A DNA stretch of 64,000 bases from an uncultured Candidatus Saccharibacteria bacterium (GCA_964591445.1 CAZQAW010000002.1:3394-67393); one strand, 5' to 3'; counted from the first letter of the stretch, positions 16,485 through 26,116 are shown. A program made the numbers and translations. The notes: generated by a model not told the origin, from the sequence alone.

Positions 16485-19259
16485 TTAGTGAGGCAAATGT
16501 GTTGGAGCTACCTGCTTCACAAATCGTGTCGGAGCGAATACTTTTCGTCCAAGCATAATAAGAAGAAGGACAATGAGAATGAATGCGAGCCAGCCGATCA
16601 AAGTATTCGGGAAGAGGCCATCTGCACCAAAGAGTGCAAGTGCTCCCAAGAATCCTACAGCTGATCCGGCGATCGTGTCGATAGAGTATGCAACAACGTC
16701 ATCTTGGATATTGCTTCCATAGACGTAAGCTGCTGTTCCTGAAGCAACAAGGGGGTCACCATTCTTTGCAGTTGTGCGAACGATACCATCGACGAAGAAA
16801 GATTCTTCTTCCTGAGGGTTGAGTGTTCCCACTTCTACCGTAACAGTATTGTCTTTCAAAGAATATTCACCGCGAGTGTTTCGAACGTCTGTAACATTTT
16901 CTGGAAGTTGGATGTGCACGACTACATCACGAAGCGTTGTTCGCTTTGCAATATTTTTGTAAGTAACAACGTAGTCGATCGCATCGCCTGGTCGGTATGT
17001 TTCATAACGACTTTCAATAGTAAGCGTCATGAGAGGAACATTACCTGAACCACCGCCACCTGTGTAGATGATGATCGGATCAGTATTTGTCTGAGCCTGA
17101 GTTCGGAATGACAAGATGTTTCCATAGACTGTTCCGCTTGTGCCATTTGAAGCAACTGCCCGGAAGTAGTACGTCGTATTTGGAGCAAGGTTATAGATCG
17201 GAGCAGAAAAAGACGTATTACCATATACAGTCTGAGCTGTAGTTGTTGCACCAAGAGAGTATGTGCTTCCCCACTGGAACCATACAGATGCTGTGGTAGA
17301 ACCACTGCAATTACCACCAAGAGGACATACGTAATTCATTCCAGAAACATATCCATTCAAGTTTGCACTTGTCTGGCCAACACCAGAAGCAACAAGAGTT
17401 GAAACTGAAAGTTGAGTTTGCTGAACGTAGTTGTATTCGTCGTTGTCTGTTGGGTACGCACAACCTGGATCGTTCATGTCTACATAACCATCGTAGTCGT
17501 TGTCGCGTCCGTCATTACATGCGTAAGTTTGTGGAGGATTGATGATCTGGTTGTATTCATCATTGTCTTTCGGAGATGAACAACCAGGGTCATTCATGTC
17601 GACATACCCATCGCCATCGTTATCAAGGTTGTCGCTACATGCGTATGTCTGTTGATACACAGTTCGCATATTTACAACAAGTGTTCGAGTTTGGATCGCT
17701 CCGCCCAAGATAGATGCAGAAAGTGTAAATGTTGTTGTTCCGTAAATCGGATGTGTGTCGATAGATCCGCTTGTTCCAACTGGTCCAAGAGATGAGATCG
17801 AAACATTTGTACAATCATTTGTTGTCGCCCATGTAAGAGTCGAAATACCGCCGCTGTTTACTGTTGAAGGTGAAGCGTTGAAGCTTGTAATCGCACAGTA
17901 TCCTTGTGAAGGCTGTTGTGTAACATACACTGTGACTGTTTTTGTCTGAGTTGGACCAGGTCCGTCTGCAGTCAAAGTAAATGGTGTTGTCGCGATCAAA
18001 TTTCCTGTTGAAGTTGAACCAGAAAGCATTTGTGAACCAAGATTTGTAATAGAAACTTGATCACAGTTTGTTGTTGTCCAGTACAAGTTTGCAGGGCTAC
18101 CATATGCCGTAGTTGAAGGTGCCGCAGAAAAACTATTGATAACACAGTTCTGAACTTGTGGCTGCTTCACTGTCACCGTAACAGTACGAGTGATAGTTGT
18201 ACCGTTGTTACAGTTTACTGTAAGTGTATACGTTGTTGTATTTGTCGGAGCAACTGTGACAGATCCAGAAAGTCCGGGATGGCTGTTGCCTGAAGTTGGA
18301 GAAATACTTACGCTTGAAGCGTTTGTTGTATTCCAAGAGAGTGTAGTCGTGTCACCTTTGTTGATGTTTGTAGATGATGCAGAAAATGTCGCAGTACATG
18401 CTGGAGGATTTCCTACATTGATACTTACAGTGTCATAAAGTGTGTTGCCGTTTTGACAGTGTACAGTAAGAGTATATGTTTGGTCGTGTTGAAGAGCGCC
18501 AGTCGGCTTTGTTCCAGATGGAACAGTTGCATTACCAAGGCCTGAAATGCTAGCGCTTGTAGCACCAGTTACTGACCATGAAAGTGTAGACGAACCGTTG
18601 TAAGAAACGTTTGTCGGACTTGCATTGAAGTAGTTGATGTTACATGCAGCTGGAGGAGGTGTGTTACCTACTAGAAACTGCGCGCGAACCGTACCTTGGT
18701 GACAGAAAGTCTGGCTTGTCGGGCAAGTAGAATCCGGACCGACTGAGCCCATATTGAATCCTCCGCCAAAAATAGCTGCTGCGTCATTGGCAGAAAGCGG
18801 AGTTCCGTACGTAGAATGTTCAGCGTACCATACCGCAGAACCAGGAACATACGTAAGCGTCTGAGCCTGAGAACCATTGATACTTACTGATGCAGAACCT
18901 GACTGAGGACAGTTTGTACAGTTTGAAGCTGTTACTGAACCAAAGAATGTCTGACTATGAACTGCGCCTGTCGACTGAGGACTCATTCGCACAGTTGTAT
19001 TTTGTGCAGCTACAGGACCAGTGTTGTGATAGTAGACACGAACGGCAATGGTATCTCCTGGATCAGCAGACACAGAACCATACCAAGCCGAAGTTGAATT
19101 CGGATTGTTGGTGACGTTCATCACCTTGACCGTAGCGAGGTCGCCAGGGTTTGTGTTGAAATACGTAGTACTCTGTGCTTGAGCCATGCCAAAAAAAGCA
19201 AAGCCGACGGCAAGCGTTCCCAAGAATACGTATTTCTTTATATTATTGAAATAATTCAT
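16485..19259 (-). CDS. Large cell-surface protein: Ig-like repeats, two CxDxxDNDxDG putative Ca-binding repeats, FN3-like, DUF11-like, C-terminal TM anchor
   Basis: Signal peptide; four FxASP....G...TLxW...T.TL repeats; CSDNLDNDGDGYVDMNDPGC and CNDGRDNDYDGYVDMNDPGC; LAPNTTYYFRAVA; C-terminal hydrophobic helix. Confidence 0.85.
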   Translation of the reverse strand: MNYFNNIKKYVFLGTLAVGFAFFGMAQAQSTTYFNTNPGDLATVKVMNVTNNPNSTSAWYGSVSADPGDTIAVRVYYHNTGPVAAQNTTVRMSPQSTGAVHSQTFFGSVTASNCTNCPQSGSASVSINGSQAQTLTYVPGSAVWYAEHSTYGTPLSANDAAAIFGGGFNMGSVGPDSTCPTSQTFCHQGTVRAQFLVGNTPPPAACNINYFNASPTNVSYNGSSTLSWSVTGATSASISGLGNATVPSGTKPTGALQHDQTYTLTVHCQNGNTLYDTVSINVGNPPACTATFSASSTNINKGDTTTLSWNTTNASSVSISPTSGNSHPGLSGSVTVAPTNTTTYTLTVNCNNGTTITRTVTVTVKQPQVQNCVINSFSAAPSTTAYGSPANLYWTTTNCDQVSITNLGSQMLSGSTSTGNLIATTPFTLTADGPGPTQTKTVTVYVTQQPSQGYCAITSFNASPSTVNSGGISTLTWATTNDCTNVSISSLGPVGTSGSIDTHPIYGTTTFTLSASILGGAIQTRTLVVNMRTVYQQTYACSDNLDNDGDGYVDMNDPGCSSPKDNDEYNQIINPPQTYACNDGRDNDYDGYVDMNDPGCAYPTDNDEYNYVQQTQLSVSTLVASGVGQTSANLNGYVSGMNYVCPLGGNCSGSTTASVWFQWGSTYSLGATTTAQTVYGNTSFSAPIYNLAPNTTYYFRAVASNGTSGTVYGNILSFRTQAQTNTDPIIIYTGGGGSGNVPLMTLTIESRYETYRPGDAIDYVVTYKNIAKRTTLRDVVVHIQLPENVTDVRNTRGEYSLKDNTVTVEVGTLNPQEEESFFVDGIVRTTAKNGDPLVASGTAAYVYGSNIQDDVVAYSIDTIAGSAVGFLGALALFGADGLFPNTLIGWLAFILIVLLLIMLGRKVFAPTRFVKQVAPTHLPH

Positions 19260-19396
19260 ATACTTTTTCTTACTGTTTATAATTCTGTACACGACTGTAC
19301 ATTTTTAAATCTTCGATACAAGTGCATCAAAAACTTGAAAATGTACAGGGTAGCGAATGTGTTGCTACCCTGTAGTTTACTCTTAAAGCAATCTTT

Positions 19397-20845
19397 TTAC
19401 TTTCTGCTTCCATTATTACTGTTGCGACTACCACCACCATTTCCACCTTGACGAGCCGTAGCTTGTCTTGGGGCTGGGTCTTTCTGTCTAACATTATTGT
19501 TCCTGTTATTATTTTTAGGAGCTTCAACATTTTGAGAAGGTTTACTCAGCCTTACATCGGGAGATGTTTCAACATCTTGGCGACTTGGACCAGCGTTGGT
19601 GTTACTTCGTGGGCGTGGCGCAGAATTGTAATTCTGCTTATGCCCTTTTGGAGTTACATCACTGGTTCTTTCGCGTGACCTTGATGGACCGTTGTAAGCA
19701 CTGGGCTCATTGCCTTTCAAGGTGTTTGCGGTAAGGACTTGATTATCATTTCTTACATCTCTTCTAGGTTTAGTGTAAGAAGAAGCAGAATTTTGATAAC
19801 CAGAACCTCTTGGCCTCGGATCAGGATTAGTATAGCCAGTATTCGTGGTTCCATTATAACCTCGTGGACCACCGCCACCTTCAGTTGGATTACCACCACT
19901 GCCATCAACAGACTCACCACCATTTCCTTCTTGTGGCCAACCGGTTGAAGGGTTGGTAACAGGAGGTGGTGGAGGGTTGTGAATATTCGTAACCTGATTG
20001 TTGTAATAACTATTATCAGTGTACGAATTGTCGATGAAAGTAGGAGCTCCTCCACAACATTGCTGTTGAGGGATATACATTGGTGTATATCCTAAGCTCA
20101 TACCCATACTTACACCAACCGAAGCGGAAGCATACGATTGCCCGCCTGTGTGAACATATACAGGAACCTCACGGTCTCTGTATTCCACAACTGTTTTGGT
20201 TTCAGCATGAGTTTCAGGAGCCGGTGTTTGTTCCGGTCCGTCATCGGCCAAAGGCGTTTGTACGGTTGCACCTGTAGTTACTACGATAAACGGATTACCA
20301 CATTCAAGTGACATCCAGGCAACTTTTGGATAAGTTTTTGAATGACTTATTCCAGGAACTACATTGGGGTCAAACACAAGATAGTGTTCTGTGTAGTGTT
20401 CATTCTTACGTGTTGCACGTGAATAACTACCGACAGTTACCTGATCAAGCTCTACGCGTGTCGTCCAAATCTGAGAAATGGGCTTAGATTGAACATGGCT
20501 GTTTTGCATGAACCACCTCATGTTATCCGGACGAATGTCTAGTCTTTCACCTTTGTCGTTTGTCCAACCATAAAGATCACTGTAATAGCGTAATGTGACA
20601 CTCCCTGTTTGTTCATGCTGTGCACGAAATTTAAGAGTGGGATCATCTAAGGCAGCTTCCAATTGAGAAATTTCTGTACGGCTTTGTTTCGCAACAAAGC
20701 CGTAAGCTTTTACTTGAGTATCGGCATTAACGATACCATAATCTACATAAGGATTTTGTGCGCACAACTGCTTCTGTGAAGCTAAGTTAAATGCGGTAAG
20801 CAATAAAATTGCTTTGATTTGAGTGTAAAAGAACTGATTTTTCAT
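19397..20845 (-). CDS. Orphan secreted protein with a long disordered G/N/R/S-rich tail
   Basis: 482-aa ORF, signal-like N-terminus ending in AQ, own promoter and downstream hairpin (19344-19374). Confidence 0.7.
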   Translation of the reverse strand: MKNQFFYTQIKAILLLTAFNLASQKQLCAQNPYVDYGIVNADTQVKAYGFVAKQSRTEISQLEAALDDPTLKFRAQHEQTGSVTLRYYSDLYGWTNDKGERLDIRPDNMRWFMQNSHVQSKPISQIWTTRVELDQVTVGSYSRATRKNEHYTEHYLVFDPNVVPGISHSKTYPKVAWMSLECGNPFIVVTTGATVQTPLADDGPEQTPAPETHAETKTVVEYRDREVPVYVHTGGQSYASASVGVSMGMSLGYTPMYIPQQQCCGGAPTFIDNSYTDNSYYNNQVTNIHNPPPPPVTNPSTGWPQEGNGGESVDGSGGNPTEGGGGPRGYNGTTNTGYTNPDPRPRGSGYQNSASSYTKPRRDVRNDNQVLTANTLKGNEPSAYNGPSRSRERTSDVTPKGHKQNYNSAPRPRSNTNAGPSRQDVETSPDVRLSKPSQNVEAPKNNNRNNNVRQKDPAPRQATARQGGNGGGSRNSNNGSRK

Positions 20846-20935
20846 GTGAATATGTTTTATTTTGTTTGTTTACAAGATTTTCTGGCGTAGGGCGGGGTGT
20901 CGGGAAAAATAAATACACTTCTTACGTCTGGTTAT

Positions 20936-20964
20936 ATGATAGCATATCCAAAGCTAAATGTCAA
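20936..20964 (-). promoter_or_regulatory. Sigma-70 promoter of orphan 19397-20845
   Basis: TTGACA-17 nt-TATCAT with a TG extension. Confidence 0.65.
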
Positions 20965-21035
20965 TACCCCCTCTACCCCATTTTCCCCTTATTTCTATAG
21001 GCTAAAATCGGCCTTTCGGGTATACTTTATGTATA

Positions 21036-22739
21036 ATGACCATCCAATTTGACGACGAAAAAGAGGCTCGAAAGCTCGAAGAACTCCGCAAAGTCGAGGA
21101 AGAAGACCTGGTCCGCATCTTGGCCGAGGCAAAATACGGCATTCCGTCCATCGATTTGTCTGGGCAAACCGTTGAAAATGAAGCACTTCGCCTAGTCGAC
21201 GAGCCGGTTGCACGAGCACTCGAAGTTGCACCATTTAAACTCTTGGGCAAGAACTTATATTTGGCAATTCGCACACCAGAAAAAGATGGGTTAGAAGATC
21301 TTCGACAAGAAATTGAGAAAAAGGGCTATGGTGTCGCCTACTACATGGCGTCTCGCGCAAGTTTGGAAAAAGTCTGGGCGCGCTACAAAGAACTTTCGTA
21401 TGCATCAAGCTCAAAAGTGGGCGGTATCGATATTTCTGGTGAAGTTGTCGCAGGTATTGGAGAAAAAGTGCGCACTATTTCGGATGTACAACAAGCTATC
21501 GACGACTCGACAAAAGAAAACAAAACACATCGCATTTCGCATATTCTTGAAATACTTTTGGGTGGAGGAATTGCAATCAACGCTTCTGACATACATATCG
21601 AACCCGAAGAAGCAGACGTGCACGTGCGTTTCCGTCTAGACGGCGTACTTCAAGACGTAATGAAGTTCGACATGCAGACGTACAAACTTTTGAATTCGCG
21701 CATCAAGCTTCTCTCGGGCTTGAAACTGACAACATCTTTGAACGCGCAAGACGGGCGCTTCAGTATTTTCCTCGGCACGGATGAAATCAGCATTCGTACG
21801 TCGATGATTCCTGGCGCGTATGGAGAAAGTATCGTGATGCGTATTCTTAACCCAAAATCTATCCAAGTAAATCTTGAAGACCTTGGCATTCCGGAGAAAT
21901 TGCTTGCAATCATCGACCAAGAAATTAAAAAACCAAACGGGCTCATACTTCTAACCGGCCCAACAGGTTCCGGAAAAACCACAACGCTCTATGCGTTCTT
22001 GCGCAAAATTTACAGCACACAAATAAAAATCATTACGATCGAAGACCCGGTGGAATATCATTTACCAGGCATTACTCAGACACAAACTGAAAATGAAAAA
22101 GGCTACACCTTCCTCGAAGGACTTCGCTCTGCGCTCCGCCAAGACCCGGACGTGATAATGGTTGGAGAAATCCGCGACGACGAAACCGGGAAAATTGCTG
22201 TTGAATCTGCGCTTACTGGACACTTGGTGTTTTCTACACTTCACACCAACAATGCGGCTGGTGTGATTCCTCGACTTATCGATTTGTCGGTCAATCCGAA
22301 AACGCTTGTCTCTGCCCTTTCTCTTTCGATGGCGCAGCGCTTGGTGCGAAAGCTTTGCACGAACTGCAGAAAAGAACGCGACCCGAATGCAGAAGAAAAA
22401 AATAAAATGGATTCGATACTTGCCAAAGCCGAGCAAGATGGAAAGCATGTTGCTGAATACGGAATTACACTCAACGCTCCGTACAAAATCTATGACGCAG
22501 TCGGTTGCGAGAAATGTAACAACACTGGCTACAAAGGCCGCTGCGGTATTTACGAAGCAATCCGCACAGACGAAGCAATTGAAAAACTGATTGTTCAAAG
22601 CCCGAGCGAAAGAGATATAAGAAAAATCGCGCGAAGCCAAGGCATCCTCGACATGCGCGAAGACGGAGTGATAAAAGTGATCAAAGGCGTCACTTCACTT
22701 GAAGAAGTAAAAAGCGTTGTGGATCTGGATGAGAACTAA
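21036..22739 (+). CDS. pilB: Type IV pilus/T2SS assembly ATPase (PilB/GspE)
   Basis: ASDIHIEP, GPTGSGKTTTLY, TIEDPVEY, LRQDPDVIMVGEIRD, TGHLVFSTLHTN, tetracysteine motif. Confidence 0.95.
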   Translation: MTIQFDDEKEARKLEELRKVEEEDLVRILAEAKYGIPSIDLSGQTVENEALRLVDEPVARALEVAPFKLLGKNLYLAIRTPEKDGLEDLRQEIEKKGYGVAYYMASRASLEKVWARYKELSYASSSKVGGIDISGEVVAGIGEKVRTISDVQQAIDDSTKENKTHRISHILEILLGGGIAINASDIHIEPEEADVHVRFRLDGVLQDVMKFDMQTYKLLNSRIKLLSGLKLTTSLNAQDGRFSIFLGTDEISIRTSMIPGAYGESIVMRILNPKSIQVNLEDLGIPEKLLAIIDQEIKKPNGLILLTGPTGSGKTTTLYAFLRKIYSTQIKIITIEDPVEYHLPGITQTQTENEKGYTFLEGLRSALRQDPDVIMVGEIRDDETGKIAVESALTGHLVFSTLHTNNAAGVIPRLIDLSVNPKTLVSALSLSMAQRLVRKLCTNCRKERDPNAEEKNKMDSILAKAEQDGKHVAEYGITLNAPYKIYDAVGCEKCNNTGYKGRCGIYEAIRTDEAIEKLIVQSPSERDIRKIARSQGILDMREDGVIKVIKGVTSLEEVKSVVDLDEN

Positions 22740-22740
22740 A

Positions 22741-22770
22741 AAAGACTCGCACAACATTGTGCGAGTCTTT
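22741..22770. terminator. Bidirectional intrinsic terminator
   Basis: AAAGACTCGCACAA-ca-TTGTGCGAGTCTTT between convergent genes. Confidence 0.85.
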
Positions 22771-22779
22771 AATTATCCC

Positions 22780-24165
22780 CTAAGAACCATATGGCTTTGT
22801 TTTTTCTTCTAAAAACTTTTCAAGTTCAGGAGAATACTTAGTGTTATATGCTAAGTCTTTTTTACGCATGAACTCATCAAATTCAGCAAGAGATTTATCC
22901 CCAAAATTGCGAAACTTTTTAAAATCGCTTCGTTCAAACAAAGTAGCATGCCAAAGATAAGTAATGCCGTTTCCTCTTAAGCAGTTATACAAACGCACAC
23001 TAAGGTCAAAATCATCTATCGATTTGCACAACAACTCAATGCGTTTCTCATTATATATTTCCAAAATGTCCGGTATCTGACTGTCTTTATTGTCCAATTT
23101 TTCCTTAAGATCAGGGTAAATGGCGAGTAATGCTGAAGTTACTTCAATCGGTAAATTACTGTTTACAAGATTTGCTTGGTAAAGATGCTTTGCAATTACT
23201 AACGCAGAAGCTTGGATTCTCTGTTTTTCAGAAAAAATCTGATTCTGCATCCTGTTTCGTAGGTGTAATTGTTTCAGTAATAAATACACTGTACTCGAAA
23301 CTTCATTCCATTCGGGAATAAGTGAAGAAACAATAAGATCTTTCTTCCTTATGAACATAGCGCTTTTTAATGCATTCATCCCTTTTCTATAGAACCGTAC
23401 TCTTGAATAATCAGACATATCTACAAAATATTCTCTGTCAGCTTGCGTCAAAGTCGGGAGTTCAAACTTTTCTTCTATTACAAACTTTATATGTCGAGGT
23501 AAAGTGCTTATTTTATTCTTAAGCAACGCCACAAATTCACTTGAAATATAAGGAGCGGTTTTAAGTTTTGCCTTCTCTATATATTCTTGAGCGATTTTCT
23601 TTACAATTTCTTTTGAGTTGGCAACTTCGTCAGAAAATGGGAAGTATATTCCATTTTTATCATTGTGTATTTTTCTTATACACTCTTCAAAAAAACGAAT
23701 ATGTCTGTACGGTTGTTTGTAAAATAATTGCGGTGCTTCGCCCAAAACAGAACGTACTAACTTTTTTTCTTCCTCGGTAATTTTTTCCTCAAAAGTAATA
23801 GTTTGGTACGAATCTATGACCTGCAATACTCCTTCAAGATAGGCAATGGCTTCATCTAGTTTTAAATAATCAAAAATTGCCTTTTGCATATTTTTGATTT
23901 CTTCACCGCTTATCTGAAAAGCGACTGCAATATCTTTTTCATCCGTCAGACACCAGGCGTAGAGCTTGAAAAGTTCGAGCTTAAGCTGGCGCCCGGTTGG
24001 CTTTGGGCCAGATTCTTCAACTTCTTTTTTTGTGGCAGTTGAATGTTTCCTAATTGCAGATTCGTTTATTTTTAGTATTTGAGAGATTACTCTCATTGGC
24101 AGTCTTAAGAAAAGACAGGTGCGGATAAATACTTTTACTTCGGGTGTAATTTTTATTTTATTCAT
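22780..24165 (-). CDS. Orphan protein with a C-terminal RNA polymerase alpha-CTD domain and putative HTH/sigma-4-like segments
   Basis: LLCKSIDDFDLSVRLYNCLRGNGI...DFKKFRNFGDKSLAEF matches the alpha-CTD consensus (L.LSVR..NCL...I...N.G.KS..E); no alpha-NTD. Confidence 0.8.
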   Translation of the reverse strand: MNKIKITPEVKVFIRTCLFLRLPMRVISQILKINESAIRKHSTATKKEVEESGPKPTGRQLKLELFKLYAWCLTDEKDIAVAFQISGEEIKNMQKAIFDYLKLDEAIAYLEGVLQVIDSYQTITFEEKITEEEKKLVRSVLGEAPQLFYKQPYRHIRFFEECIRKIHNDKNGIYFPFSDEVANSKEIVKKIAQEYIEKAKLKTAPYISSEFVALLKNKISTLPRHIKFVIEEKFELPTLTQADREYFVDMSDYSRVRFYRKGMNALKSAMFIRKKDLIVSSLIPEWNEVSSTVYLLLKQLHLRNRMQNQIFSEKQRIQASALVIAKHLYQANLVNSNLPIEVTSALLAIYPDLKEKLDNKDSQIPDILEIYNEKRIELLCKSIDDFDLSVRLYNCLRGNGITYLWHATLFERSDFKKFRNFGDKSLAEFDEFMRKKDLAYNTKYSPELEKFLEEKTKPYGS

Positions 24166-24190
24166 TTGTAAGGAGTTTTTTAGTTTTCTC

Positions 24191-24219
24191 TATTCTAGCA
24201 TATTTTTTACTTTTGTCAA
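24191..24219 (-). promoter_or_regulatory. Sigma-70 promoter of the alpha-CTD orphan
   Basis: TTGACA-17 nt-TAGAAT with a TG extension. Confidence 0.7.
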
Positions 24220-24256
24220 TGTATTGGTGAGTATGAACGTATGTTACAATTTTTGT

Positions 24257-24442
24257 ATGTTTAAGAGTCTTCGAAATCCAAAAGCTTTGGGAGATATCAG
24301 TAAAGATTTGGGTCAAATATTTTTTGCATCTGTTTTTCTCAGTGGCTTGTTAGGCACTGCAGGAAATTACTTTAGTATTGTCACTGGCCTCATTTTATCA
24401 ATTGTATTTTGGTCAGCCTATATAATTACTAGAAAATTATAA
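24257..24442 (+). CDS. Small two-TM membrane protein
   Basis: MFKSLRNPKALGDISKDLGQIFFASVFL...; TGTTACAAT -10 box 6 nt upstream. Confidence 0.6.
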   Translation: MFKSLRNPKALGDISKDLGQIFFASVFLSGLLGTAGNYFSIVTGLILSIVFWSAYIITRKL

Positions 24443-24445
24443 TTT

Positions 24446-24547
24446 ATGAATATACATTTTATGACAAACATGTACATATTGGGCGCATTACTTGCCATAG
24501 CAATAATTCTTTTAATTATCGCTGCAAAGAAAAACACAGATAAGTAA
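24446..24547 (+). CDS. 33-aa single-TM peptide
   Basis: MNIHFMTNMYILGALLAIAIILLIIAAKKNTDK*; starts 3 nt after the upstream stop and is followed by a terminator. Confidence 0.55.
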   Translation: MNIHFMTNMYILGALLAIAIILLIIAAKKNTDK

Positions 24548-24550
24548 AAC

Positions 24551-24578
24551 AAAAAAGCCACCGTGAGGTGGTTTTTTT
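24551..24578. terminator. Bidirectional intrinsic terminator
   Basis: AAAAAAGCCACCG-tga-GGTGGTTTTTTT. Confidence 0.75.
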
Positions 24579-24586
24579 GTTTGTGA

Positions 24587-24760
24587 GAAAAAAGCATTAA
24601 TCTTTAAACAATCCTTACAATGCTATGCACTGGAAGTAATAGATTTTTAAAGGATAGAACCAGAAACTATAAATAGTACCAAAACGTCCTTTGCAAATCT
24701 CTAGAGACCGGAGCCTGATTGCTTAAAGATTGATGCCTTCTTTTGTTGTAAATGACTGGA
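24587..24760 (-). ncRNA. Candidate 6S-like structured ncRNA
   Basis: About 20-bp closing stem GCATCAATCTTTAAGCAATC/GATTGTTTAAAGATTAATGC, central unpaired bubble, inner stem AGATTT..AAAGGA/TCCTTT..AAATCT, apical ACTAT/ATAGT; promoter upstream and terminator downstream. Confidence 0.5.
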
Positions 24761-24908
24761 GACTTTATTATACCTACTCTATACAAAGTGCAAAGTCTGT
24801 GTTGTTAATATCTCTGTGGATTACGTGTGGAAAATGGTATACTACCTCTATAAGTTATTAACAGAACAAAGTTTAGCATAAAAATATTGTATTGTCAAGC
24901 ACCCTCTT

Positions 24909-25910
24909 ATGGACAAAGACGAAGCACAATTGAACAAAAACGAAGACCGCTACCTCGACCACACTTTGCGGCCAAACGCTTGGGATGAATATATCGGCCA
25001 AGAGACTATAAAAGAGAACTTGCGCATACTTCTTCAAGCTGCAAAAGAACGCAACCACCCAGCGGAACACATCCTTTTCTACGGGCCGCCAGGTTTGGGC
25101 AAGACAACACTTGCGCACCTTATTGCCAAAGAAACCGGCCGACAAATGAAGATAACTTCCGGCCCGGCTATTGAAAAAGTCGGAGACTTGGCGTCCATTC
25201 TTACCAACCTTTCTCCGGGCGATATTATTTTCATAGACGAAATCCATCGCTTGAACAAAATGGTGGAAGAAGTGCTCTACCCGGCAATGGAGTCCGGCGT
25301 GCTTGATATCATCATCGGCAAAGGACCGAGCGCTCGCACCATCCAGCTCGACTTGCCGCCGTTTACGCTCATTGCTGCGACAACTCGAATCGCTCTCCTC
25401 TCTTCCCCGCTCCGATCACGTTTTTCTGGTGGAGTGTTTCGACTTGAGTTTTATACCGAAAAACAAATCGAATCCATCATCGCACGTTCTGGCAAAATTC
25501 TCGGTATTACACTTGAAGATGAAGCACTTTCAGAAATCGCAAAACGTTCACGCTTTACTCCGCGAACTGCAAACTACTTTTTGAAACGCTGCCGCGACTA
25601 CGCACAAGTTCACAAAAAAGATTTAGACAAAAAAACAGTCTTTCTCGCGCTTTCGCTTTTAGGTATCGACGAGCTCGGACTTTCGCAAAGTGATCGTCAT
25701 GTACTCGAAGTTATCATTGAAAAATTTAATGGCGGGCCTGTCGGCTTGAACACTATCGCCGCAGCGACGAGCGAAGAAGAAGCGACTATTGAAGAAGTAG
25801 TAGAACCGTATTTAATCCAAAGAGGCTTGCTCGAACGCACTCCCCGTGGACGCATCGCAACCAAAAAAGCTTACGAACACCTGGGTTTTGATTTTATAGA
25901 AAAGGAATAA
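24909..25910 (+). CDS. ruvB: Holliday junction branch migration helicase RuvB
   Basis: LRP...EYIGQ, GPPGLGKTTLA, FIDEIHRL, EPYLIQRGLLERTPRGR. Confidence 0.98.
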   Translation: MDKDEAQLNKNEDRYLDHTLRPNAWDEYIGQETIKENLRILLQAAKERNHPAEHILFYGPPGLGKTTLAHLIAKETGRQMKITSGPAIEKVGDLASILTNLSPGDIIFIDEIHRLNKMVEEVLYPAMESGVLDIIIGKGPSARTIQLDLPPFTLIAATTRIALLSSPLRSRFSGGVFRLEFYTEKQIESIIARSGKILGITLEDEALSEIAKRSRFTPRTANYFLKRCRDYAQVHKKDLDKKTVFLALSLLGIDELGLSQSDRHVLEVIIEKFNGGPVGLNTIAAATSEEEATIEEVVEPYLIQRGLLERTPRGRIATKKAYEHLGFDFIEKE

Positions 25911-25972
25911 AAAAAGCCCCCGTACATCTTTTCAGACATACGAGGACAAAACATGAAATCAAAACCGTATTT

Positions 25973-26116
25973 TTAATGGAGACTAAAAATAATGTAAGAA
26001 GAAAGTAGTCCAACAATTGTTAAGATAACAAGAAGAGCAATTTTTTTAGCTTTTGCTGCTGTAGGGTGTTCATTATAGAAGTGAGCGCCCTCTCGTGAAA
26101 TGTGCTTTGCTGACAT
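25973..26116 (-). CDS. 47-aa orphan membrane peptide between ruvB and ruvC
   Basis: MSAKHISREGAHFYNEHPTAAKAKKIALLVILTIVGLLSSYIIFSLH*; TTGACA-17-TACTAT promoter at about 26172-26200. Confidence 0.55.
   Translation of the reverse strand: MSAKHISREGAHFYNEHPTAAKAKKIALLVILTIVGLLSSYIIFSLH

Noticed and set aside
17430-17650. Direct DNA repeat in the surface-protein gene as a mobile element
   Set aside because: It is explained by the duplicated CxDxxDNDxDG protein repeat.
22780-24165. Calling this gene rpoA
   Set aside because: Only the CTD is present, with no alpha N-terminal dimerisation domain and no ribosomal-operon context.
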